A stretch of DNA of 62,532 bases. Source: Candidatus Bathycorpusculum soli. Lineage in GTDB: Archaea > Thermoproteota > Bathyarchaeia > Bathyarchaeales > Bathycorpusculaceae. This document shows, one piece after another, positions 52,333-62,414 of this stretch; the first letter of the stretch is position 1, and each line of letters starts with the position of its first letter. Under the pieces are notes generated by a model that saw only the letters and a program-made list of their open reading frames with translations, made no database searches and was not told the DNA's origin. The DNA lies in NCBI GenBank assembly GCA_031277345.1, contig JAITMO010000067.1, forward strand, positions 1-62,532. Direction: 5' to 3'. The translations under genes were made by a program, and so were the position numbers.

Positions 52333-52765
52333 AACCTTGGCGGCTAACAACAGCAACCAAGACGAACTTCAGAAACTAAGTGTAGAAATGCGTTATCTAG
52401 AACAAACCGCCCAAATGCTACAACAACGCATAGGCATGCTAAACACTGCATTAGCTGATCTAACATACGCTAACGCAACACTTGAAGGCATCGAGCAAGA
52501 AAAAGAAAACACAGAAATGCTAGTTCCCATAGGCGGAAGCTCATATGTACAAGTAAAACTAGTAAACCCTGACAAAGTAATAGTCGGACTAGGTGCTGAC
52601 GTCTCCATCGAAAAGACAATGCCAGACGCAAAAAGTACTCTAAAAGAACGCCTAGATGAACTAGAAAAAGCCCTACAAGCAGCACAAACACAATTCAACC
52701 AAGTTATTGAACGCATAAACTCTACCAAAAAAACTATAGACACTATAATAACAAACACCAAATAA
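52322..52765 (+). CDS. pfdA: Prefoldin subunit alpha
   Basis: Coiled coils flanking MLVPIGGSSYV...VIVGLGADVSIEK. Confidence 0.95.
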   Translation: MGNKTLAANNSNQDELQKLSVEMRYLEQTAQMLQQRIGMLNTALADLTYANATLEGIEQEKENTEMLVPIGGSSYVQVKLVNPDKVIVGLGADVSIEKTMPDAKSTLKERLDELEKALQAAQTQFNQVIERINSTKKTIDTIITNTK

Positions 52766-52781
52766 AGGAACGCATAAATAC

Positions 52782-53687
52782 ATGTTTGAAAAGCTCAAGT
52801 CAGGCTTCAAAGGCCTAGTTACAAAAGTAACAATGACTGAGCTTAAAACAGACAACCTCAACCCAATCCTAACAGATTTTAAAATGACACTAGCAGAAAA
52901 CGACGTAGCTTTTCCCGTCGCTGACAAAATCTGCGACGAACTAGAAAAAAGACTCTCCGGCACCTCCATAAAACGACTTGACGACCGCAAAACACTCGTA
53001 GAAGACAACCTAAAACAAATACTACTAAAAATTCTAGAAACAGACAACCGCATAAACCTAATAGAAAAAATCTCCGAAAAACGCCAAAAAGCCGAACCAT
53101 ACGTTATAATGTTTGTGGGCATAAACGGCACAGGAAAAACAACCACCATAGCCAAAGTTGTCCAATACCTACGAGAAAACAAATACTCCACAGTCCTAGC
53201 AGGCGCAGACACTTACCGTGCAGGCTCCATAGAACAACTCGAAGAGCACGCCCGACGTCTAAGCGTACGAGTAATCAAACACACATACGGTGCTGACCCC
53301 GCTGCCGTAGCTTTTGACACTATAAACCACGCCAAAGCACACGGCATAAACGTAGTCCTAATCGACACCGCAGGAAGAATGCAAACCAACCAAAACCTAA
53401 TGAACGAACTTGTCAAAGTCAAGCGCGTCGTAAAACCTGATCTAGTCATATTTACAGTTGACTCTCTGATCGGTAATGATGCTGTAATGCAAGCAGAAGA
53501 ATTTAACAGCGCCATAGGCATAGACGCTACAATACTAACTAAAGTTGATGCAGACATCAAAGGCGGATCTTCCCTAAGCGTAACATATGTCACACAAAAA
53601 CCAATTCTCTTTATAGGCATAGGCCAAACATACAAAGATCTAGAACCATTTGACCCTGAAAAATTCGTAAAAATGATACTTCGCTAA
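52782..53687 (+). CDS. ftsY: SRP receptor FtsY
   Basis: GINGTGKTTTIAK, DTYRAG, DTAGR, TKVD..KGG, GIGQ. Confidence 0.97.
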   Translation: MFEKLKSGFKGLVTKVTMTELKTDNLNPILTDFKMTLAENDVAFPVADKICDELEKRLSGTSIKRLDDRKTLVEDNLKQILLKILETDNRINLIEKISEKRQKAEPYVIMFVGINGTGKTTTIAKVVQYLRENKYSTVLAGADTYRAGSIEQLEEHARRLSVRVIKHTYGADPAAVAFDTINHAKAHGINVVLIDTAGRMQTNQNLMNELVKVKRVVKPDLVIFTVDSLIGNDAVMQAEEFNSAIGIDATILTKVDADIKGGSSLSVTYVTQKPILFIGIGQTYKDLEPFDPEKFVKMILR

Positions 53688-53730
53688 GGGAACGTTACTA
53701 AATAATTTAGTTTTTTAACCGCGATATATA

Positions 53731-53857
53731 GCATGTTGAAATTACATTGATAGTGTTTTTATTAGTGGAGCATTTAAAATTGGTTTATTTTTTCAATATT
53801 TCATTCTGATTTTGTTTTTAACTCATACAAGAAACCATCAATGTCTATGTAACTTAC
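53731..53857. mobile_element. 127-bp MITE, copy 2
   Basis: Colinear, roughly 90% identical copy of 803-929; flanked by TA and TG. Confidence 0.8.
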
Positions 53858-54239
53858 TGTAAAAGAACCAAAAAATAACACACAAAAACCAACGAATCAA
53901 CATATCAATACAGCCTTTCACAACAAATAAACCCAATACAACTCACTACTAATCTTTTTGTAAACTTTATTTAGCAACAATCCCTAGCTATAAATGAGCA
54001 AGAAGATCTATCTGTCTTGTTTTTAGCTTATGTGTATTATACACGTTATTAGTTAACAAGTTAGCTTATGTCTTTTTTACGTGTTTCATGTTTATGTATT
54101 AAATTTCTGCACTTGTACTACTACAGTTTTTGCCTATTCATAGTATTTCTGGAAACAATATGTTTGTGTATTGAGGAACTCTTATCTAATAGGTACATAC
54201 AAAAGTATAATTAACTTTACTAAATGAGAGGAGCACGAA

Positions 54240-55559
54240 GTGGTTAACAGTAAGTACTGGAACGAAAAAATCGAGACGATGCCACGCGAAGAAATAGCAA
54301 AGTATCAATTACAAAAACTCAAAGAACAAGTAAAATATTGTTACACTAACAGTATTTTTTATCACAAAAAATTTGACAGTATCGGATTAAAACCTGAAGA
54401 CATCCAAACTTTTGATGACCTTAAAAAAATTCCTTTTACAGTAAAGGACGATTTAAAAGAAAACTATCCCTATGGTATGGTAGCTGCCAAATCTGACGAA
54501 ATTGTCGAAATTCATGCTTCTAGCGGAACAACTGGTAACCCTATTGTAGGTGTTTACACAAAAAACGACATAGAAATCTGGCAAGAAATTATGGCCCGCT
54601 CTATATACACCGCTGGGGGACGACCACAAGATGTTATCCATATTGCCTATGGTTACGGACTATTTACCGGCGGATTTGGATGCCATTATGGAGCCCAAAA
54701 AATTGGCGCACGTATTGTTCCCATAGGCGGTGGTATGACCCAACGTCAAATATCTCTAATGAAAGACCTTGACGTAACAATTCTAGCTTGTACTCCTAGC
54801 TTTGCTGTTTATCTCGCAGAAACCATGACAAAAGAAGGCGTAAACCCCCAAAAAGACCTCAAACTTAAACGAGGCATTTTTGGAGCTGAACCCTGGTCTC
54901 AACAAATAAGACAAAGAATCGAAAAAGAATTAGGCATAGAAGCCTTTGACATTTACGGATTAACCGAACTCTGCGGACCTGGTGTATCAGTAGAGTGCCC
55001 CGAACACAGTGGACTACACATTTGGGAAGACCACTTTATTGTTGAAATTATCAACCCCGACACAGGCGAGCCACTGCCAGATGGGCAAGAAGGTGAATTA
55101 GTCTTTACAGCATTAAACAAAACCGGTTTACCTATACTTCGCTACCGCACCCGGGATATATCAAAAATCACCCGCGAAAAATGCGCCTGCGGACGTACCC
55201 ACGCTAGAATGCTATGCGTCACAGGAAGATCCGACGATATGCTAATTATCCGCGGAGTAAACGTGTTCCCCTCACAAATAGAATTTGCTGTAATGCAATT
55301 TCCCGAACTCGCAATGCAATACCTAATAGTTCTTGACCGCCCAGGTGCACTTGATACATTCCTAGTTAAAGTCGAATTAACCCCTCAAGCACAAAACAAC
55401 CCACAACTTAACATAGAAAAACTCAAACAACACATCCAAAAAAGAATTCACATAATAACCGGTTTATCTGCAGACATCGAAGTTGTCAACCCAAACGTAC
55501 TGCCAAGAACAGACGGAAAAGCAAAACGCGTACTAGACTTACGTAAAGGCAAAATGTAA
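54240..55559 (+). CDS. paaK: Phenylacetate-CoA ligase
   Basis: SSGTTG, YGLFTGG, GAEPW, DIYGLTE, RYRTRD, GRSDDMLIIRGVNVFPSQIE. Confidence 0.96.
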   Translation: MVNSKYWNEKIETMPREEIAKYQLQKLKEQVKYCYTNSIFYHKKFDSIGLKPEDIQTFDDLKKIPFTVKDDLKENYPYGMVAAKSDEIVEIHASSGTTGNPIVGVYTKNDIEIWQEIMARSIYTAGGRPQDVIHIAYGYGLFTGGFGCHYGAQKIGARIVPIGGGMTQRQISLMKDLDVTILACTPSFAVYLAETMTKEGVNPQKDLKLKRGIFGAEPWSQQIRQRIEKELGIEAFDIYGLTELCGPGVSVECPEHSGLHIWEDHFIVEIINPDTGEPLPDGQEGELVFTALNKTGLPILRYRTRDISKITREKCACGRTHARMLCVTGRSDDMLIIRGVNVFPSQIEFAVMQFPELAMQYLIVLDRPGALDTFLVKVELTPQAQNNPQLNIEKLKQHIQKRIHIITGLSADIEVVNPNVLPRTDGKAKRVLDLRKGKM

Positions 55560-55571
55560 AGGTTCACACTC

Positions 55572-57767
55572 ATGTCTAAAATCACCATAAACAAACCCGA
55601 CAGTTTCGTCTTATACAACGGAGATGAGGCAGTCGCACGAGGTGCCGTTGAAGCAGACATCAAAGTTGCAGCTGCATACCCTGGAACCCCTTCAACAGAA
55701 ATATTAGAAACTCTCTCCAAAGCCGCCAAAACCTTAGGCTTTTATGCAGAATGGAGCGTTAACGAAATCATCTCCACCACAGTTGCAGCTGGCGCAGCTA
55801 TGACAGGCGCAAGAGCCATTGTCTCTATGAAACACGTTGGTCTAAACGTCGCCTCAGACGCAATTATGACTCTAGCATACACAGGCATAGAAGGCGGTCT
55901 TGTAATAGTTGTCTGCGACGATCCCAAACTACATAGCAGCCAAAACGAACAAGACACACGCTATTTTGCAGTACACTCTAAACTACCACTACTAGACGCT
56001 GGAAACCCACAAGAAGCCCTAAACATGACACGCGAAGCCTTCAACATAAGCGAACAACTCAAACTCCCAATCATACTACGCTTAACCACGCGCGTAGCCC
56101 ATGGAAAAGCTAAAGTACAAATCGGCCAACTACAAAAACTATACCGCAACATAGCATTTGATAAAAACGGTTCCCGATGGGTAATGATCCCATCAAACGC
56201 AATCCGACAACACAAAATCTTGGAAGAAAAAATAGTTCAAGCAAAACAAATCGCCGAAAACTCACAATTCAACCAAATCGAAGACAACAACGCAGACATC
56301 GGCATAATCGGTAGTGGCGTAGGCTATTACTACGCACGAAGCGTACTTGATACATCTAAATTCTCTTGGCTAAAACTAGGATTCGTACACCCATTCCCTT
56401 CCAACCTTGTAAAAATTTTTGCAACAAAAGTCAAACAAATCATAGTAATTGAAGAACTCCGCCCATACATCGAAGAAAACCTTCAACGCCTAAAACTTGA
56501 TGTAACCGGAAAAACCCAACTTGAACTCGGCGAAATCGGTGAATATACACCCGACAGTGTACGCGAAGCCTTCGCAAAACTAAACCTAACAAAAACAAAC
56601 CCACCTACAGCAATTATAAAAGACCTACCCTCAAGACCACCAAACCTCTGCCCCGGCTGCACACACCGCGCCTTCTACTACGCCCTTAACTCCACATACC
56701 AACACATTGAATGCGACAACAACAAATGCATCAAATGCGGTACATGCGCGCAAACATGCGCCCTCGAAAAAGAAAAAACCACAGACAAAAACAAATCAAG
56801 AATTAAAATCCACAACAAAACCACCACCATAACCGTATGCAAAGCCTGCATAAACCCCACATGCACAACATCCTGCCCCCAAAACGCCCTCACAAAATCC
56901 ACACAAACAGGCACCATACACGTTGACGAAAACAAATGCATAGGCTGCAAAACTTGCCTCCAAAACTGCCCACACAACGCCATAAACATAGACACAGACA
57001 AAAACAAAGCCATAATCTGCGACACCTGCCAAGGCAACCCCCAATGCGTCAAAAAATGCCCAAAACACGCTCTAACCCTTGTAGGACGATCAAACGATAA
57101 AATCGTCACAGGAGACATAGGCTGCTACTCTCTTGGCGTTTTACCTCCATTAAACACCATGCAAACATGCCTCTGCATGGGTGGCGGCATCTCCCAAGCA
57201 GCAGGAATGATACACGCAGGCGTAAAAGACAAAATATTTACAGTACTTGGCGACTCCACTTTCTTCCACGCAGGTATATCCGCACTACTAAACATATCAT
57301 ACAACAAAGCAAACATATGCGTCATCATACTAGACAACCGCATCACAGCCATGACAGGACACCAACCAACACCTGCCTCCGGAAAAACCGCCATGGGCGA
57401 GAATGCAAAAATCGTAAACATACACGAAATCACAAAAAGCGTCGGCATAGACAAAATCATAACAGTAGACCCCTACAACATTAAAGACACAATAAATGCT
57501 ATACAAAAAACCCTAACATACAACGAACCATGCGTCATTATCTCCCAACGCCCCTGCCCCCTACTCTTAACCCAACACAACCCACCAAGAGAAATAACAA
57601 ACAAATGCGGCAACTGCGGAGTCTGCACAACAAACTTTGGCTGCCCCGCAATCACACAAACCCAAAACAACAAAACAGAAATCGACCAAACACTCTGCAA
57701 CGGCTGTGGCGTATGCGAAACAATATGTCCACACCAAGCCATAACAAGGAGAAAACAACAACAATGA
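55572..57767 (+). CDS. iorA: Indolepyruvate:ferredoxin oxidoreductase alpha subunit with inserted 4x[4Fe-4S] domain
   Basis: YPGTPSTE, MKHVGLNVA, SSQNEQD, CPGC.HR, GDIGC, GDSTFFH, C-terminal ferredoxin, plus an extra Cys-rich domain at about 56703-57086. Confidence 0.95.
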   Translation: MSKITINKPDSFVLYNGDEAVARGAVEADIKVAAAYPGTPSTEILETLSKAAKTLGFYAEWSVNEIISTTVAAGAAMTGARAIVSMKHVGLNVASDAIMTLAYTGIEGGLVIVVCDDPKLHSSQNEQDTRYFAVHSKLPLLDAGNPQEALNMTREAFNISEQLKLPIILRLTTRVAHGKAKVQIGQLQKLYRNIAFDKNGSRWVMIPSNAIRQHKILEEKIVQAKQIAENSQFNQIEDNNADIGIIGSGVGYYYARSVLDTSKFSWLKLGFVHPFPSNLVKIFATKVKQIIVIEELRPYIEENLQRLKLDVTGKTQLELGEIGEYTPDSVREAFAKLNLTKTNPPTAIIKDLPSRPPNLCPGCTHRAFYYALNSTYQHIECDNNKCIKCGTCAQTCALEKEKTTDKNKSRIKIHNKTTTITVCKACINPTCTTSCPQNALTKSTQTGTIHVDENKCIGCKTCLQNCPHNAINIDTDKNKAIICDTCQGNPQCVKKCPKHALTLVGRSNDKIVTGDIGCYSLGVLPPLNTMQTCLCMGGGISQAAGMIHAGVKDKIFTVLGDSTFFHAGISALLNISYNKANICVIILDNRITAMTGHQPTPASGKTAMGENAKIVNIHEITKSVGIDKIITVDPYNIKDTINAIQKTLTYNEPCVIISQRPCPLLLTQHNPPREITNKCGNCGVCTTNFGCPAITQTQNNKTEIDQTLCNGCGVCETICPHQAITRRKQQQ

Positions 57768-58363
57768 AACTCGACCTCATTTTCACAGGCGTCGGAGGCC
57801 AAGGCATCGTAGTCTTAAGCGACATCGTATGCGAAGCCGCAATACTTGACGGTTTTGACGTAGCAAAAGCAGAAATACACGGCATGGCCCAACGCGGCGG
57901 CTCCATAATTGCTCACACAAAAATAAGCGAAAATATACAAACCCCACTAATCGAAACCGGCAAAGCAGACATCATAATAGGCTTTGAAATCCTAGAAACC
58001 ACACGAACAATACACATGCTAAAACCAAACGGCACAGTTATTGTAAACACAAAATACATCCCCCCAAACAACCAACAAAAAAACCTCCAACAAAAAACAC
58101 CACAGCAACTCTTAGACATAATAAAAACAAAAACCCCAACAGTACACGAAATAAACGGCACAGCTATTGCAACACAACTAGGTAACAATCTAATTATCAA
58201 CACAACACTATTAGGCGCCCTATCAGCACTACCCAAAATGCCTATAAAACAAGAATCCTTCAAACAAGCAATGGCAAACAAACTAAAAGAAAAATACCTA
58301 AAAATTAACCTACAAAGCTTCGAACTCGGCAGACAAAATGTCCTAAAACCAAAAACCATTTAA
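57764..58363 (+). CDS. iorB: Indolepyruvate:ferredoxin oxidoreductase beta subunit
   Basis: GVGGQG, EIHGMAQRGGS; ATG at 57764 overlaps the iorA stop. Confidence 0.95.
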   Translation: MKLDLIFTGVGGQGIVVLSDIVCEAAILDGFDVAKAEIHGMAQRGGSIIAHTKISENIQTPLIETGKADIIIGFEILETTRTIHMLKPNGTVIVNTKYIPPNNQQKNLQQKTPQQLLDIIKTKTPTVHEINGTAIATQLGNNLIINTTLLGALSALPKMPIKQESFKQAMANKLKEKYLKINLQSFELGRQNVLKPKTI

Positions 58364-58508
58364 CAACACAACAACCACAAGCATAAAAAACAATAATTTC
58401 TTTTCAACTATATAGCTAAAAATACTTACTAAAAAGCAACTGATTATTTTACCTAAAAAGTAATTACAACCACAAATATTTTTATGTAGGTTTCACGCTG
58501 TTTGCGAT

Positions 58509-58581
58509 GCTGGGGTGGCCGAATGGCTGAGGCGGTAGCCTGCAGAGCTGCTTTATATGGGTTCAATTCCCATCCCCAGCT
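58509..58581 (+). tRNA. tRNA-Cys(GCA), intronless, CCA not encoded
   Basis: Acceptor GCTGGGG/CCCCAGC, D arm GCC/GGC, anticodon arm GTAGC-CT GCA GA-GCTGC, T arm ATGGG-TTCAATT-CCCAT, discriminator U. Confidence 0.96.
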
Positions 58582-58914
58582 CTTGAGTTCTGTTTCCTAT
58601 GCTCTTCCTCAAATTCGTTGCTTAAATTTTGAGGATTCATGTTTAACACTAAAAAAACAAGACTGACTAACCCTAATAAATATTACATAATGCAAAAACC
58701 CTGATATACACAATTCACGCCAAAACACCATATCACATTAACTCGGCAAAAACTTGTAGAAAACAAACTCGTAATCGAGACTACACGCAAGTTGTGCGAA
58801 TGAAAATGGTAAAGTAGTGATGTTTTTGTTTTTATTTTTGTTAACGACTTTATATAATTGAGCTGACCTTCTTTTTGAAGGGCAGCGACCTTCAAAATTG
58901 CTATCAAAAACATT

Positions 58915-60008
58915 ATGCTGCTTACACAGAATTGGGAACGGTTCAAGGTTATGAATCCAAACCTCTCACAATACAAGATCGATGAAGTAGAAAAGATGCT
59001 TCATTGTCGTGATCCCAAGTATGGTTTTTTAACCTATAAATGTGCAAAATGTGACACCACTAAAACTATCCCTTTAGCTTGTAAGAGTCGTATTTGTCCG
59101 CAATGTGGTAAGAAACATGCTGATCAATGGGCTGATGAGTTAGTTAACAGACTTTATGCTGTGCCTCATCGTCATATGGTTTTTACTATGCCTGAAGAAC
59201 TATGAATCCTGTTTGAAGCCGATCAAAGCCTGTTTAAGGTACTCATGGATGCGGTTAGCAATATGATGCAGCAGATGCTCAAAGACAAACATCGTGCTGT
59301 GTCGGGGGTTGTTTGTGTGTTGCATCCTTATGGTAAAGAGTTGAATTTGAATCCTCATGTGCATGTTTTACTCGCCGAGGGCGGTTTAACAAAGTCTGGT
59401 GAGTGGGTTTCTGTTTCATTTTTAGAATATGGTGTGTTGAGGCGTATTTGGCAATATCAATTGCTCTCGATGGTTAAGCGTGTGTTGTCTCGTTCCTTGG
59501 AGAATAGGTGTTTGGTTGATTGCTTGTTTAGGGAGCACCGGGAGGGGTTTTATGTTTATGCTAAGCGGTGTGTGTCTAGGCATAGGTATATTGTGGGTTA
59601 TATTGGTCGGTATCTTTGGTATCCTGCTATTGCTGAGTTAGGATTTCTGAGTTTAATGTTGAGATTAATTTGGTGACTTTTTGGTTTGTGGATGAGAATT
59701 GTGTTAAGCAGTTTGTTACGCTACATGCTTTTGAATTTATTGATCGTTTGGTTAGGCTTATTCCGGATAAGAATTTGAAGCTTATTCGTTATTATGGTTT
59801 GTATTCTAGGCGTACTTCTGGTAAGCTTCAGAAAGTGCTTATGTCTCTTAGTTGTGAAAAAGTGCCTGTTAGGTCAAAGCGTGAGGTTGTTTTGTGTTCT
59901 AATTGTGGTTGTGTTATGGATTTTGTGGGTGTGTCTAGGCCTGATGATGGCGGGGGTTTGGTTTATGTTGAAGGGGATAATGATGATTATGATTATGTAA
60001 ATTGGTAA
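58915..60008 (+). pseudogene. IS91-family (Y2 HUH rolling-circle) transposase, disrupted
   Basis: Zn domain (C..C, CKSRICPQCG), HRHMVFTMP, HUH motif PHVHVL, YIGRY, IRYYGLYS. In-frame TGA at 59203-59205 and a 1-nt frameshift near 59638. Confidence 0.9.
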
Positions 60009-60680
60009 GGTCTAGTTAATTCGCGCCGAAGGCGCTTTCTTGTAGGATGTAAGTCTACTTAACATCTGCAAACCTCCTTTTTGGTTGTTTGCGGGAAGTT
60101 GGTGTCTATCTTTGCGGGATGGGGCACCAACTTTAGTTTTCCTATGTTTTGGTTTAGAGACTGTTTTATACAGTTTTGTAGGTTGAAGTGGTTACAAGTG
60201 TAGTCACATAGGTAAGCGCCTAAGGAGACATAAGTTTGTTGTGCCACTTCGAATGTTGCGCGGAGCATTGTCCGCGGGGTTTTATTCATGCTTTTTTACT
60301 CACCACCTATTAAAAACCTGGGAATTTAAAAAGCAGAAACACCAAGGGGGGGTGTTTCTACCTTTAATATTCTCACGCTACTACGGGGGTAAACGCGTGT
60401 TTTGTGCGGTGGGCGATTATCTTATGATTCCATATTTGAGGTTGTTGTAGACTTGGACTGTGTGTATAACGTAAATATTGACTCGTTATTGGCGTAACTA
60501 CCAGTTTTTTATTCTGATGAGTAGATGTCTATTACCCTGTATTCTGCAACATCAAAAGTCAGGCATAAGTAGATAGTTGAAAATAGTTAGCCATTTCAAG
60601 TTACTTTGTATAAATACGATAAAGTCATCTGGAGTTTTTCTCCAGAAATAGTTTATAAGCCTCAAAAACAATATTCATAA

Positions 60681-60764
60681 GTGTGTGGTACAAAAGTCTG
60701 TGTCCCCAGCGGGTTGCGGGGTCTCCAGAAGAGGCAACGTCCGTGCTATAACGGCACACGGCAC
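60681..60764 (+). ncRNA. Candidate DUF3800-associated structured RNA (strand uncertain)
   Basis: GC-rich 84-nt island with three hairpins inside a closing stem, abutting the DUF3800 stop codon. TATA box TTTATAAG at 60652-60659. Confidence 0.55.
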
Positions 60765-61802
60765 CTACACGTTTTCATCAAACCAGAAATAAGCTTTTGG
60801 CAGAGTATTAAAAGACTTATTTAATTTACGCGCATCAAAAGGCAACGGTTTTAACACATTAAACTCTTTGTTATCAATTTTACTTTTTACCATACCCGCA
60901 ATTAAATCAGCTATTTGAATAGACGTAGACTCATGAGAGTATAAAGTTGCAAACAACGGCGTATAACTTTCAAAAGAGCCCCTTTGTTTCTGTTTAGCCA
61001 GAGTTTTAACCAATAACCGCACAATCTTAGCAGGAGTTAGAGGCGCGAAATCATCATCACAATGAACCTCAGCTCTATTGGTAACCTTAAATAACCGTTG
61101 CTTCAAGTTTGCCCTAAACTCAGCTTGACTTGGAACACTTTCAAACCCTGAAAAACAGCCGTCAACAAGATTAGCAAAAATAGTGTCCATTTTCCCTTTA
61201 CGGCCAAAGAAAATATTTGATTTAATCACAAGCAAACAATCACAACAAATGGCTAATGCAAGCTCAAAATCATCCAATAATACCCGTCTATAATTCTGAT
61301 TAAGCCTAACCCAGTGGAACTCGTTGGTTTTTGGATCCTTTGGGAGCTTTAGATGTTTCTCTAGCCACACACAGGCACCTTCAGGATCAGGTATGGAACA
61401 AATAACCATCACAGTGTTGATGTTATCTTGGCAACCACTGGTATCAATTCCCACGGTTGGGTGTTTAGAAATATTTGGCAAAAGAAAAACTTCTTTGCCC
61501 ACAGTTATTTGCCTAATTTTATAATTGTTGTAGCCGTTAATGCTTTTGGCTATCCAACCTGTTTTTGCTCGATAGACTTCGCTTGCTGCAAGGGTTTTAA
61601 AGGCAGGATCTAAAGCGTTTAAAAGATGCTCATAAGAGGTTTGGGCATTGCAAGTTTTTCTGTGAAAATCTGCCGGTCTTACCAGAGTGGGTGTTAATCT
61701 AAAGGTTTCTTTACCGTACTGTAAACTGGTGCCTTGGTAGGTTTTTTCAATGATGTCTATGAAAATGTCCATACTTTTTGTGTCTTTCTTTTTGTCTACC
61801 AA
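60765..61802 (-). CDS. DUF3800 (RNase H-like fold) protein with N-terminal extension
   Basis: VGIDTSG (DESG-type), EFHW, HCDD, SHESTSIQIADLIAG (Q.AD motif). Confidence 0.85.
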   Translation of the reverse strand: MVDKKKDTKSMDIFIDIIEKTYQGTSLQYGKETFRLTPTLVRPADFHRKTCNAQTSYEHLLNALDPAFKTLAASEVYRAKTGWIAKSINGYNNYKIRQITVGKEVFLLPNISKHPTVGIDTSGCQDNINTVMVICSIPDPEGACVWLEKHLKLPKDPKTNEFHWVRLNQNYRRVLLDDFELALAICCDCLLVIKSNIFFGRKGKMDTIFANLVDGCFSGFESVPSQAEFRANLKQRLFKVTNRAEVHCDDDFAPLTPAKIVRLLVKTLAKQKQRGSFESYTPLFATLYSHESTSIQIADLIAGMVKSKIDNKEFNVLKPLPFDARKLNKSFNTLPKAYFWFDENV

Positions 61803-62120
61803 GTCAAGTTCAACCTACACACAGAAAGTTGCGGTTTAAAATAAAAAACTTACCACTAACAGGGTATTTTTGTGATATTTTCTTAAATCTTTTCTACTGG
61901 TATATTTTTTGCCAACAGAGTATATCCGACTGAATTACGAACGCTCAATATATACAAGAATATCAGCTCAACGGAATTAGCAGAAAAAATCAGCAAAACA
62001 CCTTCTGCTAATCTTCTGCTAATCCAACGAGCAAATTGTCACGACAATAAAAATAAAAAACGAAATTTTGCTATATACCAGTTAACAATCTTTATCACAC
62101 TTAATGACGATTTTGAGTAT

Positions 62121-62378
62121 ATGGAATTAAAATTAACGATAGGTGGTTTATTTACTCTTATAATCGGGTTAGTAATTTGGTTTTTATCTCCTGACCCTTT
62201 TGCGATATTTCAAACTGTAATGGATATTTTAAAACCGACTATAGCCAATAATCCACAGGTGATTAGTGTTTATACTATTCTTGGTTTTTCATTAACTGTT
62301 ATAGGTGGATTTTTCACGGTTGCTGAACCAGTTTTCATGGTGATAACCGCGATTTTTGGCAGTTCTAATGGAAGGTAA
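62121..62378 (+). CDS. Small hypothetical membrane protein (2-3 TM)
   Basis: 85 aa hydrophobic ORF with ATG start. Confidence 0.6.
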   Translation: MELKLTIGGLFTLIIGLVIWFLSPDPFAIFQTVMDILKPTIANNPQVISVYTILGFSLTVIGGFFTVAEPVFMVITAIFGSSNGR

Positions 62379-62414
62379 GGTTTGTTGAGAACAGGTTCCA
62401 AAAGTGAAAACGTT

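Noticed and set aside
52393-58359. Numerous long antisense or alternate-frame ORFs over pfdA, ftsY, iorA and iorB
   Set aside because: Shadow ORFs caused by extreme strand skew depleting stop codons; the same applies in the G/T-rich blocks.
59203-59205. In-frame TGA in the IS91-like gene as possible recoding (Sec or readthrough)
   Set aside because: The position fits a CGA-to-TGA mutation and a separate frameshift follows, so pseudogene is simpler.
60059-60450. ORFs 60059-60289 (-) and 60241-60450 (+)
   Set aside because: No recognisable motifs or start signals; the region is better explained as structured non-coding DNA.
60703-60710. TCCCCAGC identical to the tRNA-Cys 3' end, a possible attR
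   Set aside because: Only 8 bp, no integrase in view, and it is part of a hairpin; consistent with chance.
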